From positions 71,858,001-71,922,000 of the forward strand of contig OY740783.1 of assembly GCA_963514005.1 (NCBI GenBank): a DNA stretch of 64,000 nt, written 5' to 3'. Shown one piece after another: positions 54,601 to 64,000 of this stretch; within the stretch, counting starts at the first letter, position 1; every line of letters starts with the position of its first letter. The translations under genes were made by a program, and so were the position numbers. This DNA is from Raja brachyura. Lineage: Eukaryota. The notes below the pieces were generated by a model. That model did no database searches. It worked only from the letters and a program-made list of their open reading frames with translations, and was not told where the DNA came from.

Positions 54601-57600
54601 AGATGCTAGGATAGTGTGACCACAAGTTCTGATAGACAAAGGGAATAACAGAGTCATTAAATATTATTTACAGATTTAAATTCAGAAAACTTCACATCAT
54701 GTTTTTGAGAAGAAAGGTCACCGTTAGTAATTTAACTGGAGTTATTTTTGATAGCACATTTCTATGTAATGAGGTAAGGGAAGCATTACAGAAAGGCTTT
54801 TCTTCCCCTGTGCATGTTCAACTCAAAGGAATTCTACATCTGTTTACCATGGAGTCTTGTGAGCCAAAGATCATTTGTGCTTTTGGCAAAAAAAAATCAT
54901 TTCCACTCACATTTGTAAGAAATGTTGTTTCTTCAAATGTTTCTCAAACTTTGCCTTTCTTTTTGTATTTGTTTAATGCACTGCACAGTGAGGCAGCTGC
55001 CAATGTGAAAATAGCCAGCATGCTGTAACGTCTACTACATGATTACAAGGGTACAGGGTCTTTTGTTGACTTTTTAATCAGAGACTTGCAAGTTTCCTCT
55101 CTGTTTAACCCTTTCACAGGCATATCCCATGATTTAAGTCACTGAAAGAACTCCAATAGTTTTATGGCCATTTTTGTGAGATGTGTTATAGCAGTCTTCC
55201 AAATCCAGTGACTTTCGCTATGAATGATAAAGAGCTGTAATTTTCTGCAAATAAATAGTAAAATATAGGCAGAAATTATTTTTTTAAACAGCAATCTGAT
55301 TCTTCTGTTTAAAGATCACAGTGTGATGTTATTCTTTTTTTTTTTAAATCATTTTTGTGCCCATAAAAAGCGTGTTTTGTATTCCTTAGTGCTGATGTTG
55401 CTGTCATTACTTTGCTGCCTATGTTTCTCCTTGTGGAAACTGGTGATACAATTGTTTATTTGACTGCTAGATGACAATTCCATGAAAGTGCTTGGAGCAA
55501 TGTATTTTACTAAGGATGCTTTCTCTATGCAAACTGCTGTTCTCCTTTCTGATTATTCAATTTAAACATTCCAATGAAGTAGAATAATTCATCTCAATGG
55601 CAGTTCAGACTGGCAGTGACTCACACTCTCTAAAATCAATGTCCAGGGATTTTTGGTTCAGTAAAAAGGTCATTAGTCACATTCTACTGGAAAATTAATG
55701 ACAGTCCTTTCTTGACATTATTTGTTTTCTTGATTGAAGTTTATCTGTGGTATGTAGTGGGAGTGTTATTTTTGTATTCAGAGTAACATTGATGCCATGG
55801 TTATTGAAACTACCAAAGGGGATGTTCTGTGAGTCATTTTATACCATGTACATGACGTGACCTCAGTCATTTTATATCATATACTTCTGTGAGTCATTTT
55901 ATATCATGGCTTTCATAATATTTCTTGGAAACAAGTTATCTGTTTCATATTCTACATGGTGTCATATAACTTGGCAATCATGATAGTACTCAGTACAATT
56001 AGTGGAATAATTGGCTTTGGCATCTGAGCACTATACCCTGAAGAGGATAAAATCTTCTATTAACTTTCTTTCTTTTTAGAATATATTACTCGCTTCAAAT
56101 TGTAGCATGATTATAGCACATCACAGTGAGCAGCAAGCAATTATGTACGATTCTCAGTGTAACCGCTATTGTTAAATAACCTTTATATGCATTTGTGAGA
56201 AATAGTTCTGTTGTGAAATTCTCTAATTCTTATGTGAATACATCCTTCTCTCTGTGATGTTATTTTTTAAATTGCTCTTGTCTTCTAGACATTGACGAAT
56301 GTGCAGATAACAGGCTCCTGTGTGATAATGGGCTTTGCCGGAACACACCTGGTGGCTACACCTGCAGTTGCCCAAAGGGTTACCTCTTCAAACCAGACTC
56401 CGAAACATGTGAAGGTGAATGCGCCCAGTCAAACAAACACATGTAATATTTATAGTCATTCAGCATGACAAAATATTAAGCATATTCTTTACACGGAATA
56501 TCTGCACAAATTACAAAGATGCTTTTTGTATTGCAGTATCAGCAGACATTTCAAAATATCAAATGAAGTATTTGAAAACTTGAAGTCCATTTTGTTGGTT
56601 AATTTTTTATCCAAACAAGATTTTGTTTTGGGCACTTCAAATACTACAGGCAGAAACAATGGAAACAGGCAACAGACCAATCTTAATATGTGTTCTCATT
56701 CCTCTACTAGACTTTTGTTGATTGTGTCTCTTCCACTGGTCATACAAATGACAAAAGGGAATAAAAGGCAACAGAAATTGACCATAACTGCACTTAATTA
56801 TCGGCATTGAGGAAAGTCACGTCAGTCAGCAATCAAGCCGGACAGATAGATTTTATGGCTTTTCAGTGACATCACTATCTGTGTTGCATTAGTACTTTTG
56901 CAGTTTAGTCATGTAATTGTCAATTTGTTTACAAACATAATATTTGAGTTGATAAATGTAATTTTTCCATCATTGTCAAACTGTTCTTCATCCTCACAGA
57001 GAAGCCAGTCATTAAACATTAACATGCCCCTCTCAAGTTTCTAACTGCAGTAAAACTGTACTCTGAGGACCCATTCATTAATGGCTCGTTGTTTAACTGC
57101 AACACCTGGTTTTCAGCATTGCCCTTTTAGACCATGATGGGTTCATATTCCATCCTTGGGTGAATTATCCGCCTATTGGGTGAATTAGCCGCTTTCAGCC
57201 AGTCTAAGTTCCTCAGTGTTACTAGGTGGATGCACATTCAGTCAGCATATTGCTTTCAGATTCCGATTGAACATTGTTTCAAGAAATTGCACCTGGTATT
57301 GTGCAAAGGATGCATTCAAAATTAGAAATTTCAGGGGAGCATTGGAGGTCAGGAGGGAAGACCTGATAAAAATTTATAAAATTGTGAGAGGCATGGATCG
57401 GATAAATAGTCTTTTTCCCAGGATGGAAATGTCAAATACTAACGGGCATAACTTTAGCGAGAGAGGGGGAACACTTTTTTTAAAAGTGAGAGACAAATTT
57501 TTACATAGAATGATAGGTACCTGGAACATGCTGCCTGAGGAATTGGTAGAAGCAAATAAGAGAGCGACATTGGAGAACCATTTAATCAGGCACACATATG

Positions 57601-60600
57601 TGCAGGGAAGGTGGAGGAAGATATGGATCATCAGCAGGCATTAATTTGGCATCTTGATTGGCACAGACATCATGAGCTGAAGGACCTGTTCCTGAGCTAT
57701 ATCTCACAATCTATCATTTCATTGAGCCTGCCAACATTCTGAGCTAATTTTAATACATAAAAATGGGCATTGGCGTGAAAGCTAGTGGACAATATGGCCC
57801 CACATCAGGAGACAACCCTGTTTATGCTATCTTCCTTCACATACATCAGCAATAGTGTGTGCCAAGTATATATTTTTCTATCTTTCTCCATATAAATGGA
57901 TCCTAAGTACCTGGCTGGCATTCCTGGCTCCTGCTGCTGCCGCTGCCGCCGCCACAGGGCTGGCAAGTGAGGCATGGTTAAATGCTTGCTGAAAGTTGTT
58001 TTGGAGAATGACAATTCATGTGAAACTACAGCTCAAAAGTTAATCAACTTCTGGAGAACCGGAAGTTATAGACTGGACCTACATTCAAAATACTGAATAG
58101 AATATTGTTGTAACTGACAGATGCTGTTTGTTTTCTTAAGAATGTTCTCAATCTCCTCAAAACCTTGTTTCCCATGTGGTTGACTCACTGGAGTTGAATC
58201 AGGATGCTGTGGTTTACAGCATTTTAGTCCGGACAGTAAAAATTCTCCCAAATGGCATAACAGAGCTGATGTAAAACAGGTTTCCCTTAATGTCTATTTC
58301 CAGGTTATCCAGCATTTTGTAAGTGGTAAACCAAAAGGTACTTTCCTTTGTTTCTCTAATGTAACCCACACTTGTAACAAGAGGGCTTATGCAAACACTA
58401 AAACCACAAAGTGAATTCCTAATTTGAAACAGATATATATATAGTCATAAGACATGCCTGCCTGAGGAAACTTAGAAACCTCAATCTTGCTGTGGTTCTG
58501 AGATTTGGTACACTTGAATGGTAAATGATGTTTATGTTTGATTTTGAGGATTCCAACAGGAACTAAATCCATTTGTAATTTTCTTAGTTATCTTAATCCT
58601 TTGCTAAAAGTCCCAGAGCATGCTGAGACAGTAGTGCTAATAACTAAATCAAAATCTCACTTAGGGTATGCTTTTTGTTTGAATCACCTTTGTTCTCAAA
58701 ACTGCAAGACTGTCTCGGTTTTCCATTCTTTTCATGGTGGAAATTCTCTTTATTATGCCATGTCATTACACATTTTCTCCAGCTGCAACTTCTCTCAGAA
58801 ATGTTGACTGGTGAATATGAGAAGCTAGACACTGAAACTCATTTACCTACACTTGAAATTTAATCATTGAACCTTTTTGTCCTATATTCCCAGTGTGTGG
58901 ACAATTAAGGGCAATTAGAAAATTGTCACATTTATGCTCATTGGACAGGTTTTCTGCATAACTTAAAAAAACACATTCATTATTGACTTGCAAATGTCAT
59001 GTTTTTTCAACTTTTTCCCTCTAGAATGAGATCAGATTTATGGCTTGCACGGATAGACAGTCTAACATCTGTTAGAATTGATGATAAGCATAATTATTGC
59101 TTACACAGTTTTCAGATGAATTTATCTAAGACACAACATAAAATGCGAAGTAGATCATGAACTACCACAGTGTTTAAGGGCTCAGATCTCATGTCAGAAA
59201 GTATAGAGGAGTGAGACCTCCTCCAGTTACAATGATAGACCATTTGTTTTCACTTAAAGCACAATCCTTTTTGAAAATTAACTAGCTTAGATAGAGTTGA
59301 GCTTTGCTTTACAATAAATTTCACTTTATTGTTTGTAGAAGTAATTCTGAGAGCTATTTTTAATGAACATTTATCTTTTTTTTTGTGTTGCCTGCCTGAT
59401 GCTGTCAATTGGTAACCTTATTTAAAAATGGCTATTCTGTTTCCCTAGATGTGAATGAATGTGAAAACAGTCCTTGTGTTAACGGAGAATGCAGGAATAC
59501 AGCAGGTTCATTCTCCTGTGAGTGCTCCACTGGTAGCAAACTGGATTCAAGCAGAACTGTCTGCATTGGTAAGGCAGAAAATTTCACTTTTTGTTCAATA
59601 ACAAAACTTGTAGGATTCTAGACCTGATAAAATAAATATTTCATTCAAGCCCTTTTAAAAACAGCGTGGTGCTGCTTTCCTTCTCAAATAATTTAATTGA
59701 AATGTCTCATGATGGAAGTAATTAAACTACTCTTGTCTAGCACTGATGTATACAGTATTTAAACATTACACCACCATCAGACCGTTATTCTTCCATGGCT
59801 ACTATTGACAAATTTCAATATTTCCCGAATCTCATACTCTTTGATATATCAGATCTTCAAATTAATTTTAATGATCTGTCTGGGGGAATTGGTTTGAACC
59901 CTTATTTTATGATATCTTGAAATTAAACAAATTAATCAGATTTATGTTTTAAGAATTAATTAATGATTCTGGTCACATCCAACAAAGGAGAAATTGCTCA
60001 CCGGTAATGATTATCCATCATTCCAATGCCCTGTGTAGTCCGATTTATTTTCTTGAATATGTCCTCGGTTATGCACATTGAGAACCTAAAACAGAATAGT
60101 ACCACAAAGGAACAAGTCCTTTGTCCCACAATCTCTGCGCTGAACTATGGTCCTTTGCTCCATAGATGCTGCCTTGCCCGCTGAGTTTCTCCAGCTTTTT
60201 TTGTCTACCTACAATACCAAATTAAATTCCTTTGCCTGCATATCTTTCCATTCCTTGCATATCCATTTGCCTCTTAAACCCCACACAATTTTCTCTGCTT
60301 CCACCACAACCTCTGGCGATCTTTATGAGATAGTCTTTGGAATAATTGACTCCACATAGATGAGAGTCGTTTCACATAGGCACAACTCTGAAACTCATTA
60401 GAGGGGTGGTCTTTCTTATTTTTTTTACTTCTGCACAGAAAGCCAAACATGTCATTATATGAATGTCTGGAATACATTTAAAGCTGACTCAGATTGTATT
60501 GCCAGATCACAATGGATCTTTTAGAAGCTCCAGGTACTGTTTTAATTATAGTCGAGCAATTCTCAGCACAATGATGCAGTGTATTAAAATACCAATCCAC

Positions 60601-62206
60601 TAAAATTAAATTATAAAATCTTTGATAACTACTTCATGGGACAGAAACACCAAAGATTAGGAATAGGATAACCTAACTTCATAAAAGTGGATAAAGCAGC
60701 CAAAGGCTTATAGAAATCGGAGAAGAGTAATTAAGCTGAAACATTAACTTTGTTTCTCTCCCCATGGAATGCTGCCTGACCTGCTGGATATTTCCATCAC
60801 GTTCTAATTTTATTTCAGTGGCTTCTAGACTCCTTTGTCTCCCTTCATAAAAAAATTAAGAAAATCTAGCTGAGTTTGGACATTTTTCTAAAATCATTAT
60901 ATTACCAAAGGAGGCTATTCATTCCATTGAGTCCATGCCAGTTCTTTGTTGTCAAGCCAGTCAGTTCCATTCCCCTACTCTGTCCTTGCAATATAACAAA
61001 TTATTTTCCCTCGAGGCCTATCCAATTCCCTTTCGAAAACCTGATTGAATTGCTGCTACCACTCTTACAGACAGTTTCGGACCATATTTCTGAATTTTAA
61101 AAAGTTGATTACATCCCCATTTCTTTTGCCCTTCATATCACATGTGTGTTCTATCTTCCACCTGCAAATGCAAACAGCGTCTCACTGTTAACTCCTTTTG
61201 TATTCACTTCTCAACTCTGTTAACTCCAGGTTATCCCTTGTAACACTGTAGCTGAACTGTTTCATCCATGGCATAATTCCAGAAAATCCTCTGAGTACCA
61301 TGATAAGAACAAAAACATTTACAATTATAAAAACGTACTGGCAATTGAATAGTTCAGAATTTTTAAATGAAGGCTACTTCCATAAACTCATTTCTTGGAT
61401 TACAATAACAACCATTTGAAATCATTCTTTGTGTTTTTGGCACCATCTCAAAGTGCTTAAGTTTGAGTTTACTCTGGTGCCCATGCTAATACATTTTCTG
61501 TCGGCCTTTTACATGCTTCCTATATGATGGTGATCACAACTGAGTATGATACTGCAGGGGCAGGCTATGAGGCAATTGCAGGGAGAGAAAAAAAGAAAGC
61601 CGGAATATTACTTTAAGATAAGGCAAGAAAGACAAAACAGATGAAATAAGTAGAGTTAAAATATGAAACCATTAACTGAATTGTCACCAATGTTATATTA
61701 GTTGATAGCTTTGTTGTTGAGGGAAGTTGATAACCAGAAACTTTATACTTCCCAGAGAAGTATGTTTGAGTCTGTCTTGTGCAGTTCCTTGTGGTTAAAT
61801 TACAAACGGCTGGGAAAGCTCAGTGATCCTTATACAAACAAGCCTTTATGAAAAAACAATTCTTCAGATTAAGACAGGGCCAGCCCAGAAATATTGCAAA
61901 CACATATATTGCCAGGAGAGCAACATAGCCTCATCCTAAACTCTGGGAAAGCTATGTTAAGTACCCACTTATACGTGGGTTCAAGTGCAGGACATTCTGA
62001 GATATTTGTCAGTAGAAAGTTCTCAAGATTTCTTGTAATTATTTAGATTTTCTCACAATTTCCAACAGACAGCGTGAAAGGAACTTGTTGGTTGAACATT
62101 CAAAACAGTCGTTGTGAAGTAAACATCAATGGAGCAACATTGAAGTCAGAATGTTGTGCTACGCTTGGAGCTGCATGGGGAAGTCCTTGTGAGCGCTGTA
62201 AACTAG
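15487..62206 (+). CDS. fbn2b: Fibrillin (FBN2/FBN3 type; probably the FBN3/fbn2b orthologue), partial gene: 14 internal exons from cbEGF2 to hybrid domain 2; gene extends beyond both ends of the span
   Basis: Spliced exons give the canonical fibrillin order cbEGF-TB(8-Cys, CCC)-Pro/Gly hinge-EGF-4x cbEGF-TB-3x cbEGF-hybrid. All have AG/GT boundaries and phase 1. Paralog call rests on recalled human FBN2/FBN3 sequences and is less certain than the family call. Confidence 0.9.
16095..16745 (-). mobile_element. CR1/HER1 LINE ORF2 3' part, interrupted by the LTR element; resumes at about 18635-18730
   Basis: ORF 16228-16731(-) KKANSMFAF...[19 protein letters not shown]...RRMRGDLI...[12 protein letters not shown]. 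Confidence 0.92.
16746..18629 (-). mobile_element. Complete non-autonomous LTR retrotransposon (1884 bp): LTRs 16746-16980 and 18394-18629, 5-bp TSD TACCT, tRNA-Leu-like PBS, PPT
   Basis: tacct|TGTAAAGTTTGAG...GACATCACA|tacct; I count 4 differences between the LTRs; - strand PBS TGGTGTCAGATGTCGGG next to the right LTR; PPT AGGGGGAGA next to the left LTR. Confidence 0.93.
19708..20120 (-). mobile_element. CR1-type LINE 3' fragment; continues at about 20440-20655
   Basis: gtcatagagtgc...ctttggcccaacttgccc...cctcaccttaaac...cctctataagatcacccc; later cctcaccaatgtcttgtgcaattgtaacatgacctcccaacttct. Confidence 0.8.
20652..21320 (-). mobile_element. Helitron-family fragment with C-rich low-complexity body
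   Basis: ctcccccaacgcaatattccaccactcac...ccaactgcgc matches the subterminal sequence of the Helitron at 24254; C-rich tract 20800-21235. Confidence 0.6.
22045..22640. repeat. GA-rich then CT-rich low-complexity tracts followed by a GC-rich Helitron-family fragment
   Basis: gtccttggttccagcggcggcttcttt is shared with about 24500-24530. Confidence 0.6.
22690..22895. mobile_element. Head-to-head inverted pair of Penelope terminal fragments (palindrome)
   Basis: ggcagcatctctggagagaaggaatgggtgacgtttc ... gaaacgccacccatttcatttctccagagatgctgcc. Confidence 0.75.
22992..23280 (+). mobile_element. CR1/HER1 LINE 3' fragment
   Basis: [39 protein letters not shown] plus 3' UTR. Confidence 0.9.
24254..24997 (-). 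mobile_element. Full-length non-autonomous Helitron (744 bp)
   Basis: - strand: A|TCTATGTATATG... 5' end; 3' end GCAGAGCC-aac-GGGTCTGC hairpin, then ACTTGGTCTAG|T; inserted between A and T with no TSD. Confidence 0.85.
27920..28018 (-). mobile_element. Penelope terminal fragment with hammerhead-like core
   Basis: gaaggtagacacaaaatgctggaataactcagcggg...ggaatgggtgactttttgggtcgagacccttcttcag. Confidence 0.7.
28019..28350 (-). mobile_element. HE1-like V-SINE
   Basis: (ttagt)n tail, gaacgtacaaactctgtacagacagcacccg, attgaacccgggtc B-box, caactctaccgctgtgccactg head. Confidence 0.88.
29445..29830 (+). mobile_element. Degraded CR1 LINE 3' fragment
   Basis: gttggacaaactag...tctctggagcatcggaggatgaggggagacctgatagaagt...ctgtgctgtactgttctat. 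Confidence 0.75.
31027..31179 (+). CDS. fbn2b: Fibrillin exon, TB1 (8-Cys) domain N-part: [51 protein letters not shown]
   Basis: tctcag|ATCAGCGAGCT ... GGTTCTG|gtaaga; 153 nt; CCC motif; not in the ORF track. Confidence 0.95.
31465..32100 (+). mobile_element. GC-rich interspersed repeat with Rex/Babar-like 3' tail
   Basis: CpG-rich body; ends gcatggtaactcgaatttcactgcacc...tgtgacaataaa. Confidence 0.5.
34336..34554 (+). CDS. fbn2b: Fibrillin exon, end of TB1 plus Pro/Gly-rich hinge: [73 protein letters not shown]
   Basis: cacag|ATGAATATCGT ... GATATCG|gtaagg; 219 nt; EYRRLC closes TB1. Confidence 0.93.
35015..35236. mobile_element. Inverted pair of Penelope terminal fragments (palindrome)
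   Basis: gacaggcagcatctctggagagaaggaatgg...cccttcttcagac ... cacccattccttctctccagagatgttgcctgtc. Confidence 0.75.
35803..36087 (+). mobile_element. HE1-like V-SINE
   Basis: ggcggcacagtgacgcagcggtagtgttgctgccttacagc...gggccgaagggcc...ctgtatctctaaagtctaaag. Confidence 0.85.
36527..36673 (+). CDS. fbn2b: Fibrillin exon, EGF4 (non calcium-binding): [49 protein letters not shown]
   Basis: ttccag|GTACTTTT ... TGTGTTG|gtaagg; 147 nt; 6 Cys in EGF spacing. Confidence 0.93.
39228..39347 (+). CDS. fbn2b: Fibrillin exon, cbEGF3: [40 protein letters not shown]
   Basis: ctgtag|ATTTTGATGAGTGT ... TGCATTG|gtaagt; 120 nt. Confidence 0.95.
39605..39762 (+). mobile_element. Rex1/Babar-type LINE fragment (post-RT region)
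   Basis: [36 protein letters not shown] motif. Confidence 0.65.
40362..40580 (-). mobile_element. CR1 LINE 3' UTR fragment
   Basis: atagaacatggaactgtacagaacagg...ccatatgtctgtctaaaagccacttaaac...ttccaggcacccaccac. Confidence 0.7.
40620..43458 (+). mobile_element. Degraded CR1 LINE RT to 3' end, split by a DNA transposon at 41000-42381
   Basis: gtggctcatgttgtgcctctatttaagaagggc...ctatagaccaatgagcctaac; gacttcatcaagccatttg / catttgataagg; agtaagtttgcagatggcac (FADD-like); tail ctctatgactgtgactatga. Confidence 0.85.
41000..42381. mobile_element. Non-autonomous hAT-like DNA transposon, TIR CAGGGCTGCCAAC, apparent 6-bp TSD CATTTG, with duplicated left arm
   Basis: catttg|CAGGGCTGCCAAC ... GTTGGCAGCCCTG|catttg; 41000-41330 recurs at about 41635-41980. 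Confidence 0.8.
43930..44055 (+). CDS. fbn2b: Fibrillin exon, cbEGF4: [42 protein letters not shown]
   Basis: tttcag|ATATTGATGAG ... TGCATTG|gtaaaa; 126 nt. Confidence 0.95.
44089..44295. repeat. Local tandem duplication, 2 x 106 bp, in a 511-bp intron
   Basis: atgaaaatgcataYttgtttcctatcagatacagcaatgataaatatttt...attacattRcaaca twice. Confidence 0.92.
44567..44689 (+). CDS. fbn2b: Fibrillin exon, cbEGF5: [41 protein letters not shown]
   Basis: ctatag|ATCACGATGAG ... TGTGTTG|gtaaga; 123 nt; DHDEC is FBN2/3-type. Confidence 0.95.
45801..45923 (+). CDS. fbn2b: Fibrillin exon, cbEGF6: [41 protein letters not shown]
   Basis: gttcag|ACACTGATGAA ... TGTGTCG|gtaaga; 123 nt. Confidence 0.95.
48373..48525 (+). 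CDS. fbn2b: Fibrillin exon, TB2 N-part: [51 protein letters not shown]
   Basis: ttttag|ATACCCACATG ... AACTCAG|gtatat; 153 nt; [10 protein letters not shown] and TKSECCCA are fibrillin TB2 hallmarks. Confidence 0.96.
49895..50147 (+). mobile_element. Rex1/Babar-like LINE 3' end with (CTTGA)n tail
   Basis: atgtgcacgtgacaaataaatctgacttgacttga. Confidence 0.55.
50390..51065 (-). mobile_element. CR1 LINE fragment
   Basis: ORF 50776-50958(-) [45 protein letters not shown]. Confidence 0.85.
51512..51565 (+). CDS. fbn2b: Fibrillin short exon, TB2 C-part: [18 protein letters not shown]
   Basis: ttatag|CTGAATTCCAA ... GGAAGAG|gtatag; 54 nt, the expected short TB2-closing exon. Confidence 0.93.
51915..52227 (+). 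mobile_element. Helitron 3' fragment (family of the 24254 element)
   Basis: Ends AACGGGTCTGCACTTGGTCTAG|T, identical to the terminal sequence of the 24254 element; gcgagttgggggctatgcgtcagtgg subterminal match. Confidence 0.75.
53816..53941 (+). CDS. fbn2b: Fibrillin exon, cbEGF7: [42 protein letters not shown]
   Basis: aatag|ACATTAATGAA ... TGTGTGG|gtaagt; 126 nt; [12 protein letters not shown] hallmark. Confidence 0.95.
56289..56414 (+). CDS. fbn2b: Fibrillin exon, cbEGF8: [42 protein letters not shown]
   Basis: ttctag|ACATTGACGAA ... TGTGAAG|gtgaat; 126 nt. Confidence 0.95.
57340..57700 (+). mobile_element. Degraded CR1 LINE 3' fragment
   Basis: [34 protein letters not shown]...[13 protein letters not shown]. 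Confidence 0.75.
59449..59568 (+). CDS. fbn2b: Fibrillin exon, cbEGF9: [40 protein letters not shown]
   Basis: ccctag|ATGTGAATGAA ... TGCATTG|gtaagg; 120 nt. Confidence 0.95.
62069..62206 (+). CDS. fbn2b: Fibrillin exon, hybrid domain 2 N-part: [46 protein letters not shown]
   Basis: caacag|ACAGCGTGAAA ... AAACTAG|gtacga; 138 nt; KGTCW...[21 protein letters not shown] hallmark. Confidence 0.95.
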
Positions 62207-62344
62207 GTACGAAAAACAATGGATTAGAGCAAAGACATTTACTGTATTGAAAATATGATGAAAATTGAACAGTGCGAGATTTGTAAATTGAAGAATAATA
62301 ATTTGGAATTAATCTTTGTATTTTGGCACCACACCATTGAGACA

Positions 62345-63100
62345 TATTCGTATGCCCTCTGGTCTCAGACTCCTCTGTCCTGGGGAAAAGACTCTTTACA
62401 ATTCACCTTACCTATGCTTCTCATAACTGAATAAACCTTTACATGATAACCCCTCAGCCTCCCCTGCCCCAGAAAATAAAAATACACTCTCCTTAACTCA
62501 TACCCTACAGACCCAGTAAGATATAATAAAATCTTTTTTGCACCAGTTTATTGACATCCTTCCTATAGGAGGGTGACCAGAACTTGCGTAGTACTTCAAA
62601 TGTGACCTTCCTAACGTTGTCTTTCACTGTAACAAGATGTCGCAACTCTTGCACTCAATAACCTGACAGACAAAGGCAACTGTCCCGAATGCCATCCTTG
62701 CCCAGTCAGTTGCCACTTTTATGGAACTATTAAACTGGATCCCTAGGTGTTTCTGTTCTACAATAATCCCCAGGGCCCTGCTATTTATTGTGCAAGTCTC
62801 TCCCTGGTTTGTCCTACCAAAAAGCAACACCTGACAAAATTAAATTCCATCTACCATTCTTTGGCCCAGTTGATCAGGATCCCATTGTAATCGTAGATAG
62901 GTCTCTTGGCTACACTGCCAAGTTTGTATTACCCACAAATGTACTGTCAATGTCACCTATTGGCACACGTGACAAATAAATGTATCTTGATCTTGATCTA
63001 TATTCACATCCAAATCACTAATATGCATAATGAACAATGGACCCAGCACCGATACTGTGGAACTCCAGTCTGAAAAACATCCCTCTACCACCATCAAACC
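62345..63100 (-). mobile_element. Degraded CR1 LINE fragment
   Basis: ORF 62624-62830(-) FGRTNQG.TCTINSRALGIIVEQKHLGIQ...AFGTVAFVCQVIECKS. Confidence 0.75.
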
Positions 63101-63980
63101 TGAAACTTAGAATTCTATTTGCAATGTATTCTTATTAATAATAGAACCAGGATTTGGTAAATTGACCTGAATAGTTAGTTCCCCGTGTTTTATTTTAAAT
63201 TCTTAAACATTTTTTTCACCTATTCGAGTGCTTTTTAATACTATTTTTTTATGGAAAAATTGCGTCTGGCTGATGCCACACGTTCTTCTATTAGTAATGA
63301 ATACGTTAACTATTTTGTATAAAATTTCTCTGCTAACTCAATTAAGTGCATTGATACCACTAATGAATTTTCCGTAATGGTAATGCACACCATGTTAGTA
63401 AGACAGAATTGTTTCATGTGTGTTAGCTTTTCTGTTCATTGTTCTCGCAGAAATTTTGAATCATAAGATTGTTAGTGAAGACTGGAAAGTTATTCTTGAT
63501 CTTATGCAACTTTTATTTTTAAGTATACATGCATACCTCCATATTGGTTGAGTATAGTTAATGACTCTCTTGTAGCTATGGTGACTTGTTTTATATACCA
63601 TTGTTTACATCTTCCTAATCAAAGTCCCTTCATCATTTAAAATATCCTCTCTTACCGAGCAAGAAAGTCCCATCCAATCTGATAACCAAAATGGTTATAA
63701 GTTTCAATTCTGGCTGTACACCTTTCAATAAGCAATCTGTTTATTTAACTGTTTTGTGAAGTAGAAATCAGAACTCCGAAAGTTCTTTAAGAAATAATTA
63801 ATCAGTGTGTAGTGTAGATTTAATAGTCATAGAATAACTATGACACAAGGAAATTTCACCCCAAGTCCATGCTGGCTCGTAGTGGGGACTCTAGCTTTGT
63901 ACCATTGCCTGTTGTCGTGCAAATTATATCCTCGTGCCCTGTTGCTTTTTATTATGGATATGCTAACCTGCATAATCCTA

Positions 63981-64000
63981 AGGGCCTGTCCCACTTAGGC
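63981..64000. mobile_element. Start of a second Harbinger-type MITE, truncated by the window end
   Basis: taagggcctgtcccacttaggc resembles the TIR of the 7806-8636 MITE. Confidence 0.55.

Noticed and set aside
55824-55908. Three short copies of agtcattttataYcat
   Set aside because: Small local slippage duplication with no sign of function.

Overview
AT-rich vertebrate genomic DNA; the repeat content (HE1/V-SINE-type SINEs, HER1/CR1-type LINEs, Penelope fragments) points to a cartilaginous fish such as a skate or ray (inference). The window lies inside one + strand fibrillin gene. I can place 14 consecutive internal coding exons (15487-62206, 1854 nt, about 618 codons), all with GT-AG boundaries, phase-1 introns and lengths divisible by 3. 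They encode cbEGF2, TB1, the Pro/Gly-rich hinge, EGF4, cbEGF3-6, TB2, cbEGF7-9 and the start of hybrid domain 2. The protein is FBN2/FBN3-type, and several diagnostic residues favour the FBN3 (teleost fbn2b) lineage. The introns hold many transposable elements: a young, complete non-autonomous LTR element with TSD, PBS and PPT; a solo LTR; a Harbinger MITE; a hAT-like element with a 6-bp TSD; non-autonomous Helitrons, one carrying a minisatellite; a Penelope GIY-YIG remnant; and many Penelope terminal fragments bearing a hammerhead-ribozyme-like core. There is one assembly gap (6161-6330). I found no convincing evidence of a wholly new biological system; the most interesting items are the TE structures and the paralog-diagnostic hinge exon.
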